Assembly (NCBI GenBank): GCA_900555615.1
Contig: USMB01000002.1
Location: forward strand, 33,230 to 97,229
Reading direction: 5' to 3'
DNA: 64,000 nucleotides
From: an uncultured Clostridium sp.
GTDB taxonomy: Bacteria; Bacillota; Clostridia; TANB77; CAG-508
Positions 9,617 to 18,376 of this stretch are shown piece after piece (positions within the stretch are counted from its first letter, which is position 1; each line of letters opens with the position of its first letter). The notes beneath the pieces were generated by a model. That model was given only the letters and a program-made list of their open reading frames with translations, searched no databases and was not told the origin of the DNA. The position numbers and the translations under genes are program-made.

Positions 9617-9750
9617 TATTTTTTGTTATTTTGCTGTAACATAAATGTAATAAAAAAAAAGTATGCCAAATGTTGACTTAATTGAAAATTAAATGATATA
9701 ATAATGTCGAATAAATATGGAAAAAACATGAATAAACAAAAGAGGTGTAT

Positions 9751-11484
9751 ATGATGAAAAAAACGAAGCAAATATTGTCGATTTTGCTAATTTTATATAT
9801 AATAATAAATTTGATTTTTGGAAATATTTCATTTGCAGTAAATCAAACAACAACAAATGATTTTAATTCAATTGATTCAAACACATATCCACAGATAAAA
9901 GAAATGATACAAGAACTAAAAAATCAATATCCAAATTGGAATTTTGAAATTTTGTATACAGACATAAATTGGACAGATGCAATAGCAAATGAATATGTTG
10001 GACACGGAAGTTCTCCAAGAAATTTAGTTCCAGCAAATAATATTAATTATGACAGAGATTGGATATGCAATGTTTGTGGAGAGCAAACATATGATAGTGG
10101 AAAATGGTATTGTGCATCAGAGGCAGCAATTGCCTATATGATGGATCCAAGAAATTCATTAAATTACAGTGATATTTTTCAATTTATGCAATTATCATAT
10201 ACAGATTGTAATTATGAAAGAATATATGCAATGGTTGAAGGAACATTTTTACAAAATAGTGTAAATGTAATAATTGATTCAGCACAGAAATATGATGTTA
10301 ATGCATATTATATTGTCGCAAGATTATTGCAAGAACAAGGAAAAAATGGTTCTACATTAACTGCAGGAAATGGATACAATGGACAATATGAAGGATATTA
10401 TAATGCGTTTAATATAGGAGCAAATGGAAACGGAAAAGAAAATGTTATTTTAAATGGATTAGCAACAGCCCAAAGTTATGAATGGACATCTTTAGATAGT
10501 TCAATAATTGGTGGAACTGAAATAATTGCCAAAAGATATATTGCAAGAGGACAAAACACATTATATTTTCAGAAATTTGATGTAGAAAATTCAGATGGAA
10601 ATTTGTATTGGCACCAATATATGCAAAACATTTTAGCAGCTCAAAAAGAAGGACAAACATTAAGAAATACATTTGAAGATATTGATGCAATAAATGCATC
10701 ATATACGTTTATTATTCCAGTATATAAAAACATGCCATTATCAGCTTCTCAAAGACCATCATCAACATCTTCACCATCAAATCCAGTTAATCCAGATACT
10801 CCAACAACAAGTGATATGGTAAGAGTTAATGTTACAGGTTCACTATATTTAAGAGAGGAACCAAGTAAAAATTCAGAAAAAATAGATAAAGTATATAAAG
10901 ATGAGATAGTAACAAGATTAGTTAAAGCAACAGAGAAAGTCGATGGTACATATTGGGATTATGTAATGAAAGCAAATGGATCAAGAGGCTATGCTGCTAG
11001 AGAAACATATGATACTGAGCCTAATTACAAATTATACTTAGTACCAGTAGAGGATGAAAATCCATCAACTCCAGAGGTTCCAGATGATGAAGCAGTTATA
11101 AGAAATGATAAAGTTAAAATTAATACAGTAACTAATAATGTAACAACTGTTCCAGGTGCAACAGTTCAAGATTTTTCAAATCTTATTGGTAAAGATGTTA
11201 CTGCTAAAAATTCAAATGGTGATGTTTTAAACTCTGATGCTAAACTTTCAACAGGCTGTGTAATAAATGATGAATATACTGTTGCAGTCCTTGGTGATGT
11301 TAATGGAGATGGGGAAACAACAGCATTGGATGCGGCAATTATATTAAGGTATACTGTAAATCAATATAATATGACAGAAGTTCAAAAAAATGCTGGAGAT
11401 TTAGCAAATTCAAATAATCCAACAGCATTAGATGCAGCTAAAATATTAAGATATACTGTTGGACAGTATAATATAAACATATAG
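9751..11484 (+). CDS. Secreted cell-wall hydrolase: GH73 glucosaminidase domain + SH3b + C-terminal dockerin
   Basis: Signal peptide. GH73-like LLQEQGKNGSTL...YYNAFNIGA segment. SH3b-like VRVNVTGSLYLREEP...YWDYV segment. C-terminal duplicated dockerin repeats GDVNGDGETTALDAAIILRYTV and GDLANSNNPTALDAAKILRYTV. ATG at 9751 after AAGAGG. Confidence 0.7.
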   Translation: MMKKTKQILSILLILYIIINLIFGNISFAVNQTTTNDFNSIDSNTYPQIKEMIQELKNQYPNWNFEILYTDINWTDAIANEYVGHGSSPRNLVPANNINYDRDWICNVCGEQTYDSGKWYCASEAAIAYMMDPRNSLNYSDIFQFMQLSYTDCNYERIYAMVEGTFLQNSVNVIIDSAQKYDVNAYYIVARLLQEQGKNGSTLTAGNGYNGQYEGYYNAFNIGANGNGKENVILNGLATAQSYEWTSLDSSIIGGTEIIAKRYIARGQNTLYFQKFDVENSDGNLYWHQYMQNILAAQKEGQTLRNTFEDIDAINASYTFIIPVYKNMPLSASQRPSSTSSPSNPVNPDTPTTSDMVRVNVTGSLYLREEPSKNSEKIDKVYKDEIVTRLVKATEKVDGTYWDYVMKANGSRGYAARETYDTEPNYKLYLVPVEDENPSTPEVPDDEAVIRNDKVKINTVTNNVTTVPGATVQDFSNLIGKDVTAKNSNGDVLNSDAKLSTGCVINDEYTVAVLGDVNGDGETTALDAAIILRYTVNQYNMTEVQKNAGDLANSNNPTALDAAKILRYTVGQYNINI

Positions 11485-11494
11485 GAGATTGAAT

Positions 11495-13192
11495 ATGAAA
11501 AATAAAGTAAAAATAAGTTTATTTGTATTTTTTATAATATTATTTGGATATTATATAAAATCAAATGCAGCAATATTGGCACAATCAAAACAAGTAAATT
11601 CAGGTGAACAATTTTCTGTAAATGTAACATCAGATGTTTCTCTTGCATCATATAGTGTTAAAGCACAAAGTTATGATGGATTGGAATTTGTTGGAAGTAG
11701 CGGAGGAATAGGAAGTGGAACGACAACAATTTCTAGTGCATTAGCTCAAGGCGGAACAACTAATTTGGCTACATTTACATTTAAAGCTCCAACTGTCGAA
11801 AAGGATACACAATATACAATTAAATTTTCAGCTACAGGGATGGGGGACGAAACTTTAACACAAATACCTAATTCAGATAAAAGTGTTACAATAACAGTTA
11901 AAGCTCCAGAAAACAATAATTCAAATTCTAATAATGATGGTAATAGTGGAAATAATGGTAGCAGTGAGCCAGCACAAAAATCAACAGAAGCAGTATTAAG
12001 CAATTTAAAAATACGACCAAATGACTTTACAGGGTTTAAGCCAAATAAGAAAGAATATTCTGTAGAAGTTCCAAACAGTACATCAGAAGTAGAAGTTTAT
12101 GCTACAGCATCAAAGGGCGAAATTATATCAGGTCTTGGAAAAGTAGCATTAAAAGAAGGCAATAATACTGTAGAAGTAGTAGTAAGGGCAGAAGCTGGTA
12201 ATACAGAAACATACACATTAAAAATTAAAAGAAGAACAGCAGAAGAAGAAGCGCAAAATGCATCTGATGCAACATTAAAAAATCTAGGAATAAATCCAAA
12301 AGAATATGATTTTTCAGGATTCAAAAAAGATCAGACAGAATATAGTGTAGAAGTACCAAATGAAATAAAAACAGTCGAAGTTTATGCAGAAGCAACAGAT
12401 TCAAAAGCTCAAGTAACAGGAACAGGAGACATAGAATTAAACGAAGGTGCAAATGAAGCGAAAGTAGAAGTAATAGCACAAGATGGAACAAAGAAAACAT
12501 ATACAATAACAATAACAAGAAAAGCATCAGAAACAGCTGCTACAACAGATTCAAAATTTGGATTATCAAGCCTATCAATAAGCGGTCAAACAATAAGTCC
12601 AAATTTTAAAAATACTATTTATTCATATACTGTTGGAATAAAAGAAGATATTTCAAGTTTAGAAATAAATGCTGTTGCAACAGATAAAGAAGCAAAAATA
12701 GAAATCATGGGAAATGAAAATTTACAACAAGGTGAAAACACAATAACAGTGATAGTAAAAAATGAAAAAACAAATCAAACAGTAACATATAAAATTACAG
12801 TTAATAAAAATGTAGTTAGTGAAACAAAAGTAGAAAGAAACTTTTTTAATCCATCAACATGGGGAAAAGAGATGATTATCAAATCAATAATTGTAGCAGT
12901 TTTAATTTTATTGATTATAATTGCAGTGGTATTGAAAGTAAAAATATCTAAAGAAGCAAAATTAGAGAATGGTAATGATAATCATGATGATATTGACTTC
13001 CCAGGAGCAAATGAATTAAATAAGGCTATTGCAGAACATCAAGAATTAAGTGAAAATAATGAAAAAAATGAAGAAAGTAAAGCAAAAAAATATGTTGAAA
13101 ATGATGCAAAAACAGAAGAAAAAATGAAAAAAATTGATGCTGAAGAAAATGACGCTAATGCTAGTGGCAGAAGAAAAGGAAAGCATTTTTAA
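11495..13192 (+). CDS. Membrane-anchored cohesin-domain protein with four cadherin-like beta-sandwich repeats
   Basis: Signal peptide. ~110-aa cohesin-like module (V.SGEQFSVNV......L.SYSVKAQSYDGLEFVG). Four ~85-aa repeats of the form NLKIRPNDF.GFKP.K.EYSVEVPN...VEVYA. A TM helix and a charged tail. Starts 11 nt after the dockerin gene stop, with AGGAG 7 nt upstream. Confidence 0.65.
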   Translation: MKNKVKISLFVFFIILFGYYIKSNAAILAQSKQVNSGEQFSVNVTSDVSLASYSVKAQSYDGLEFVGSSGGIGSGTTTISSALAQGGTTNLATFTFKAPTVEKDTQYTIKFSATGMGDETLTQIPNSDKSVTITVKAPENNNSNSNNDGNSGNNGSSEPAQKSTEAVLSNLKIRPNDFTGFKPNKKEYSVEVPNSTSEVEVYATASKGEIISGLGKVALKEGNNTVEVVVRAEAGNTETYTLKIKRRTAEEEAQNASDATLKNLGINPKEYDFSGFKKDQTEYSVEVPNEIKTVEVYAEATDSKAQVTGTGDIELNEGANEAKVEVIAQDGTKKTYTITITRKASETAATTDSKFGLSSLSISGQTISPNFKNTIYSYTVGIKEDISSLEINAVATDKEAKIEIMGNENLQQGENTITVIVKNEKTNQTVTYKITVNKNVVSETKVERNFFNPSTWGKEMIIKSIIVAVLILLIIIAVVLKVKISKEAKLENGNDNHDDIDFPGANELNKAIAEHQELSENNEKNEESKAKKYVENDAKTEEKMKKIDAEENDANASGRRKGKHF

Positions 13193-13206
13193 GTTTGGCT
13201 TGGTGA

Positions 13207-13271
13207 TAATTTGGTGTCGGTGTTTTTCTTGACATTCTTGTCAAAAAAAAAACACCGACACCAAATTGACA
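13207..13271. repeat. Palindromic intergenic element, copy D (type 2, full)
   Basis: aatttggtgtcggtgtttttcttgaca ttc tgtcaaaaaaaaaacaccgacaccaaattgaca. The arms are near-perfectly complementary. Directly follows the cohesin gene stop. Its 3' end supplies the TTGACA of the tRNA promoter. Confidence 0.7.
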
Positions 13272-13294
13272 TTTTAATTAGCATATACTATAAT
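13266..13294 (+). promoter_or_regulatory. Consensus sigma-A promoter for tRNA-Thr
   Basis: TTGACA(13266-13271), 17-nt spacer, TATAAT(13289-13294). About 23 nt upstream of the mature tRNA 5' end. Confidence 0.65.
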
Positions 13295-13317
13295 GTAAAT
13301 GTTCTGTTTGAACTTAT

Positions 13318-13393
13318 GCCACTATAGCTCAGTTGGTAGAGCGACGGATTCGTAACCCGTAGGCCAGCAGTTCGATTCTGCTTGGTGGCACCA
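13318..13393 (+). tRNA. tRNA-Thr (anticodon CGU)
   Basis: 76 nt. 7-bp acceptor stem (GCCACUA/UGGUGGC), D-arm GCUC/GAGC, anticodon loop UUCGUAA, T-arm AGCAG-UUCGAUU-CUGCU, encoded CCA. Confidence 0.85.
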
Positions 13394-13602
13394 ATGATGT
13401 ATTTGTTTGAACTAGTAGAACAGATAGAGACAAAATTTTGGGCATGAAGATATTTCATTTCTTATGCAAACCACTATAGTATATAATATAAAATAAATCA
13501 ATATAAAAGAAACGAAATTTCGCAAAACTTTTGAATGAAGTTTTATGTATTTAACTTAACTTTCAGCTACTTTTGTAGTAAGATAGAAAACCAAGTGATT
13601 TT

Positions 13603-13636
13603 GGAAAGTTCAAAATAACTTTCCTTTTATTTTTTC
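13603..13636 (+). terminator. Rho-independent terminator ~200 nt downstream of the tRNA
   Basis: ggaaagtt/aactttcc 8-bp stem, 6-nt loop, then TTTTATTTTTTC. Confidence 0.55.
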
Positions 13637-13645
13637 TAGCAGTAT

Positions 13646-13685
13646 AAAAAAGCCTAGAACCATTCAAGATTCTAGACTTTTTATT
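13646..13685. terminator. Bidirectional terminator (murC 3' end)
   Basis: aaaaa-gcctagaa...ttctagac-ttttt: hairpin flanked by an A-run and a T-run. Confidence 0.5.
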
Positions 13686-13705
13686 ATTAAAACAAATATT
13701 TTAAA

Positions 13706-15085
13706 TTATTCAACAATCATAGGACCGATATTTGTAACAGTACCAGCACCTAAAGTTAAAACGATATCATTTTCTTTAACATTTTCTTTCAAATATTTTG
13801 CACAATCTTCCAAAGCAGGAATGTATTGAGCATTTTTCCCTAATTTTACAATAGCATCAGCTAAATCTTTTGAAGAGATGTTGTAAGTGTTAGTTTCTCT
13901 TGCTGCATAAATATCAGTAACGATTATGTGGTCAAAAGAAAGTAATGCATTAGCAAAATCATTTAACAAATTGAAAGTTCTACTATAAGTATGAGGTTGG
14001 AAAACAACCCAAGATTCATTATATTTCTTATTTTTTAGAGCCTTAGCAGTTGCAGAAACTTCAGTAGGGTGATGACCATAATCATCAAAAACTTTTGCAC
14101 CATTTACCATTCCTTTAAATTCAAATCTTCTATCAGCACCTTTAAAATTCTCTATAGCACTTTTTATTGTTTCTACAGAAATATCATATGCATCGCAAAG
14201 AGCTATACAAGCTAAAGCATTTAAAACATTATGTTTGCCTGGAATTGATAATTTAAAATGTCCGAAAAATTCACCATATTTATAAACATCGAATTCAGGG
14301 AATCCGTCTTCACTAAAAACTATGTTTTGGGCTAAAAAGTCAACATCATCATTTTCAATTCCATATTTTATGGCTGGAGCCTTAGAATACACAGGTAAAT
14401 CTAAGCAGTTTAAATCATCTGCATTAATTATTAAATGTCCATCTTCTGGCAATAATTTTACATATTTAATAAATGCTTTTTTAATATTTTCAAGATTTTT
14501 GTAATAATCTAAATGATCGTTATCAATATTTAAAATTATTTCTGACCTTGGACTGAATTTTAAAAAGCTTTCAACATATTCACAAGCTTCAATTATAAAG
14601 TTTTCACTATTTCCAACTCTGTAATTTCCGCCAAGTTCTTTAATAATTGCACCAACTTGAATACTTGGATCTCTCAATGCTTCAATAAAGCATAATGAAA
14701 CAAGTGAAGTGGTAGTTGTTTTTCCATGTGTTCCAGAAATTGCTATAGTATTTTTGTAACATCTAGTAAGTTCGCCAAGAAAATCTGACCTTTCAATAAC
14801 AGGAATACCAAGCTCTTTAGCGTGGACTAATTCAGGATTATCTTTGCTAATTGCAGCAGTGTATACAACACAATCAGCACCTACAACGTTTTGAGCATTG
14901 TGACCAATAAAGATTTGAATTCCTGAATTTTTTAGTATATGTAAAAGTTCAGAATCAGTGCGGTCACTGCCAGAAACTGAAAATCCCCAATTTACAAGGA
15001 TTTCAGCAATTCCACTCATACTAACCCCACCAATACCAATCATATGTATTTTTTTATATTTTTTTATATTATTAATATTTGGCAT
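13706..15085 (-). CDS. murC: UDP-N-acetylmuramate--L-alanine ligase
   Basis: Mur ligase motifs (IGIGGVSMSGIAEIL, GTHGKTTTTS, DNDHLDYY). The start is MPNIN, with AAGGAG 9 nt upstream. The ORF-track start at 15094 would overlap that RBS. Confidence 0.9.
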   Translation of the reverse strand: MPNINNIKKYKKIHMIGIGGVSMSGIAEILVNWGFSVSGSDRTDSELLHILKNSGIQIFIGHNAQNVVGADCVVYTAAISKDNPELVHAKELGIPVIERSDFLGELTRCYKNTIAISGTHGKTTTTSLVSLCFIEALRDPSIQVGAIIKELGGNYRVGNSENFIIEACEYVESFLKFSPRSEIILNIDNDHLDYYKNLENIKKAFIKYVKLLPEDGHLIINADDLNCLDLPVYSKAPAIKYGIENDDVDFLAQNIVFSEDGFPEFDVYKYGEFFGHFKLSIPGKHNVLNALACIALCDAYDISVETIKSAIENFKGADRRFEFKGMVNGAKVFDDYGHHPTEVSATAKALKNKKYNESWVVFQPHTYSRTFNLLNDFANALLSFDHIIVTDIYAARETNTYNISSKDLADAIVKLGKNAQYIPALEDCAKYLKENVKENDIVLTLGAGTVTNIGPMIVE

Positions 15086-15334
15086 TATAAACACTCCTTA
15101 TTTTTGTTTTATTATTATATACTTATATAATGTAAAATTCAAGATTTTTGCTACAAAATCTTTTACAAAATATATTTAAATTATTTATTTGTAAAAAAAT
15201 GACGAAAAAAATAAAAATATAATAAAAAATTTGTAAAAAAAAGAGGGGAAAAAATTTTTGTTGGAGAATAATATAATAGTACATAAGATACAAATACATA
15301 TGTACAAAATTTAAAAACAGTGGAGGTGCACACA

Positions 15335-15607
15335 ATGCAAATAACAGACGTACGTTTAAGAAAAGTAAATTCAGAGAACAGAATGAAAGCTGTTGCTTCT
15401 GTAACATTCGATAATGAATTTGTTATCCATGATATCAAAGTTATCGAAAGTCAAAATGGATTATTCATTGCTATGCCAAGCAGAAAAACTCCAAACGGAG
15501 AATTCAAAGACATAGCTCATCCAATCAATGCTGAAACAAGAGAGAAGATTCAAAAAGCTATCTTAGAAGCTTATGAAGCTCCTGAAACAGAAGAATCAGC
15601 AGAATAA
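15335..15607 (+). CDS. spoVG: Septation protein SpoVG
   Basis: [12 protein letters not shown]...[22 protein letters not shown] is highly similar to SpoVG. GGAGGTG RBS 6 nt before the ATG at 15335. The track's GTG at 15320 overlaps that RBS. Confidence 0.9.
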   Translation: MQITDVRLRKVNSENRMKAVASVTFDNEFVIHDIKVIESQNGLFIAMPSRKTPNGEFKDIAHPINAETREKIQKAILEAYEAPETEESAE

Positions 15608-15621
15608 TAAATTGATTTCAA

Positions 15622-15653
15622 ACCGATGCTAATTTATGGCATCGGATTTTTTT
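15622..15653 (+). terminator. Rho-independent terminator of spoVG
   Basis: ccgatgc/gcatcgg stem, then TTTTTTT. Confidence 0.7.
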
Positions 15654-15660
15654 GCGTTTT

Positions 15661-15725
15661 TGTCAAGAAAAAATCTGTCCCAAAATTGACAGGGTGTCAA
15701 GAAAAACACCGACACCAAATTGACA
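15661..15725. repeat. Palindromic element, copy E (type 2, partial; ttgacaGGGtgtcaa core plus right arm)
   Basis: ...caaaattgacagggtgtcaagaaaaacaccgacaccaaattgaca. Near-identical to copy C. Shares its right arm with copy D. Confidence 0.55.
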
Positions 15726-15732
15726 AAAAGAT

Positions 15733-15763
15733 GTCATAACCCGCTAATAGCCTGCATATACAT
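15733..15763 (+). promoter_or_regulatory. Possible sigma-E-like promoter for the spoVID-like gene
   Basis: GTCATAAC(15733-15740), 14-nt spacer, CATATACAT(15755-15763). Loosely resembles the sigma-E consensus TCATATT-14-CATACA-T. Inference only. Confidence 0.3.
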
Positions 15764-15795
15764 TAATAAAAAAAGAAGTAGAGGAGGTTATTTTC

Positions 15796-17376
15796 ATGGA
15801 AATAAATATGACAAAAGAGACTTTAAAAGTTAAAAAAGTTATCTGTGAAAAAAAAGAAATGATAAGCATACAAGGTGACATGATAGTGCCAGATTCAAAG
15901 CCTGATATATTAAGTACTGTAAACACGAGTGGAACCATATGCATATATAAAAAAGAGATGATGGATGGAAAAATAAGAATTGATGGAAATGTTCTTACAT
16001 ATATAATGTATCTTGCTGATACTAGCTCGAGAGAGAATATGAATGATAATATTAGGGGATTGAATACAGGATTGGATTTCTCTGAGACGATAAGTGTTCC
16101 AGATTTGCAGGAGGGAATGAACGCTGATTTGACGCCTACTATAAAGCTGATTGAATGTAAGATTTTGAATGGAAGAAAGATTTCTATAAAAGCTTCTGTT
16201 GAGGTGTCAATTAAGGTGTATTCAACAGATCCGATTGATATTATAACAGACATGAATGACAGCAATATTCAAGTGCTTAGCAAATCTATGAGGGTAAATT
16301 CTTTACTAGGTGATGGGATGACAAAGTCATCTATTAAAGAAAATATTTCGATTCCTACTACAGATAATCTTGCAGAGATTTTGGGCGAGCAAGTTTGCTT
16401 GGTTGATAAAGATATCAAAATTAGCTATAATAAAATTTTGGCTAAATCAGAGGTTGAAGTTAAACTAATTTATTTAACTGAGGATGGCAGAATTTGCACT
16501 ACTAGAAATCGTTTACCACTTGTAGGTTTTATCGATATGCCAAACATAAAGGAAGATAATATTTGCGAGCTTTCTTATTTAATTAAGAACATCATCATTA
16601 AGCCTAATTCAGTGGAGGAGCACACTGTATATATTGAGATGGAAGTTGAAATTTCTTGCATCGTGTATGAAGAAAAAGAAATTAAGAGCATTCAAGATAT
16701 GTACTGTCCTGGCGAAAAGATGGATTTTGACCAGACGATGGTTAATACGATTTCTAACAAACAATGCAGAAAAAGTACGTGTAGCATCAGAGAAAAGGTC
16801 AATGTGCCAGAGTTGCAAAATGTAGAACAGAGTAAGATTATCGATGTTGAGGTAAATCCAACTATCGAAAAACAAAATAAGATGAATGGCAAAATCAAAT
16901 TTGAGGGAGAGGTTGAACTTAACTTTATTTTTATGGAGGCAGCTACGAGCACAATCAATTCTAAAAAGGCAGTGGTTCCTTTTGAACAGACAGTTGATGG
17001 AATTGAAGGCCTAGATGATTGCAAAGTTGATACAAATATAGACATAGATTCACAAAGTTTTGAAAATCAAGCTGGAACAGTCAGTGTAAATATTGATTTG
17101 AGCTTCGAGGTTAGTGCTTATAGAAATTCAACAATTCCCGTAATTTCAAACATTTCTATGGAAGAAGATGACGAAATGGAAGATTACAGCGTTGTTATTT
17201 ATGTGGTTAAAGCAGGGGACACTTTGTGGAAAATTGCGAGAAGGTTCGGAAGCACGGTTGACGATATTGCTAGAGTGAATGGGATGGAAAATCCAAATAA
17301 ATTAAATGCCGGAGAAAAAATCTATATTCCTAAATTTGTACTTAAAAGAGCGAAAGAGCCAATTGTTCTGGCATAA
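15796..17376 (+). CDS. SpoVID/SipL-like sporulation protein (repeated DUF3794-type region plus C-terminal LysM)
   Basis: 526 aa. C-terminal LysM (YVVKAGDTLWKIARRFGSTVDDIARVNG...GEKIYIP). The N-terminal two thirds resembles the DUF3794 region of SpoVID/SipL. RBS GAGGAGG. Confidence 0.6.
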   Translation: MEINMTKETLKVKKVICEKKEMISIQGDMIVPDSKPDILSTVNTSGTICIYKKEMMDGKIRIDGNVLTYIMYLADTSSRENMNDNIRGLNTGLDFSETISVPDLQEGMNADLTPTIKLIECKILNGRKISIKASVEVSIKVYSTDPIDIITDMNDSNIQVLSKSMRVNSLLGDGMTKSSIKENISIPTTDNLAEILGEQVCLVDKDIKISYNKILAKSEVEVKLIYLTEDGRICTTRNRLPLVGFIDMPNIKEDNICELSYLIKNIIIKPNSVEEHTVYIEMEVEISCIVYEEKEIKSIQDMYCPGEKMDFDQTMVNTISNKQCRKSTCSIREKVNVPELQNVEQSKIIDVEVNPTIEKQNKMNGKIKFEGEVELNFIFMEAATSTINSKKAVVPFEQTVDGIEGLDDCKVDTNIDIDSQSFENQAGTVSVNIDLSFEVSAYRNSTIPVISNISMEEDDEMEDYSVVIYVVKAGDTLWKIARRFGSTVDDIARVNGMENPNKLNAGEKIYIPKFVLKRAKEPIVLA

Positions 17377-17392
17377 AATTTGAGTGGTGCGA

Positions 17393-18154
17393 ATGGATAA
17401 AATTGATAAGATTTATTCAAGAAGGAGATTTGTGTTAGGAAATTTTGGTGGTGAACGTGGCGGAAAATGCAGAAAGAGCAAAATTCCTTCTAATTATAAT
17501 AAGTATAAAATCTATAAATTTAGAAAAAGTGTTGTTTTGATTGCTGTGATAATAATTGCTTTTGTGGCATTAAGGACGGCATTTAGAAGGATAGATCCGA
17601 TGTTTGAAGCTTTGTGTGAGGAAAGGCTAAAATACAAGGCTACTATTATTACCAATCAGCAGTCGACAGTTGTTATGGAAAAGTATAAGTACGAAGAACT
17701 GTATACTGTTGAAAGAGATGAAACTGGAAATGTGACAGTGATAAGGGCAAATGTCCTTCCTATTAATAATATGATTTCTGATTTGACAGAAAGCATTCAA
17801 AATGAATTTGAAAAGATGGAGAAGAGTAAAATTTATATTCCTTTTGGGAGTTTGACCGGCTCATATTGGCTTGCAGAGTATGGACCTAGTATTCCAATAA
17901 GTTTTTCGATGTTGGGCACTCTTGATACTGAAATTAAGAGTGAGTTTGTGGCTCAAGGTATTAATCAGACTTTACATAGAGTTTGGGTGAATTTTAGTTG
18001 CGATATGAAGGTTGCTACTCCTTTGAAGATTTATAAAGAGAATGTGGTTAATCAGGTGGTTCTTGCTGAACATGTTATTGTTGGGAATATTCCTGATACT
18101 TATTATAATTTTGATGGTGTGGGACAGGATGAAGTTTTGAATGTGATAAAATAA
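17393..18154 (+). CDS. yunB: Sporulation protein YunB family
   Basis: N-terminal TM anchor. Conserved core IPFGSLTGS.L....GP.IPISF...G.....E....GINQTLHRVW. Starts 16 nt after the upstream gene, so probably co-transcribed. The track's GTG at 17384 is an alternative start. Confidence 0.6.
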   Translation: MDKIDKIYSRRRFVLGNFGGERGGKCRKSKIPSNYNKYKIYKFRKSVVLIAVIIIAFVALRTAFRRIDPMFEALCEERLKYKATIITNQQSTVVMEKYKYEELYTVERDETGNVTVIRANVLPINNMISDLTESIQNEFEKMEKSKIYIPFGSLTGSYWLAEYGPSIPISFSMLGTLDTEIKSEFVAQGINQTLHRVWVNFSCDMKVATPLKIYKENVVNQVVLAEHVIVGNIPDTYYNFDGVGQDEVLNVIK

Positions 18155-18230
18155 CAATTTTGTGTCAATTTTGGGTCGTTTTTTTTGACAGGGCTGTCAA
18201 AAAAAACGACCCAAAATTGACACAAAATTG
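18155..18230. repeat. Palindromic element, copy F (type 2, full; perfect 37+2+37 inverted repeat)
   Basis: caattttgtgtcaattttgggtcgttttttttgacag gg ctgtcaaaaaaaacgacccaaaattgacacaaaattg. The two arms are exact reverse complements. Begins 1 nt after the yunB stop. Confidence 0.8.
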
Positions 18231-18283
18231 TAATATAAATGTAATATAAAAATGTTGACAAAGATAAAAATAGATAGTAAAAT
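18229..18283 (+). promoter_or_regulatory. Sigma-A promoter preceded by a tandem TGTAATATAAA motif
   Basis: tgtaatataaatgtaatataaaaatg, then TTGACA(18255-18260), 17-nt spacer, TAAAAT(18278-18283). Confidence 0.5.
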
Positions 18284-18376
18284 AAAATTAATTGATGAAA
18301 AAAGATAAAAATAAAAAAGATGAGGCTAAAATAAAAAAAAGAAAATAAAAGAACAAGGAAAAGGGAGAGAAAAAAC

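Noticed and set aside
15100-15334. ORFs 15123-15407 and 15181-15438 (-) in the murC/spoVG intergenic region
   Set aside because: This is an extremely AT-rich divergent promoter region, and the translations are low-complexity F/L/I/Y runs. A sigma-H-like GGGGAAAA...13...GAAT arrangement upstream of spoVG was considered but is too weak to call.
2100-18230. Palindromic repeats as a CRISPR array
   Set aside because: The copies are irregularly spaced, 2.5-5 kb apart. They are individually palindromic and located between genes. There are no uniform spacers and no cas genes.
18217-18245. Second promoter TTGACA-17-TGTAAT formed by the end of repeat copy F
   Set aside because: The -10 lacks the conserved A at position 2, and a much better promoter lies 35 nt downstream. 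Noted only as a possibility within the repeat-family finding.
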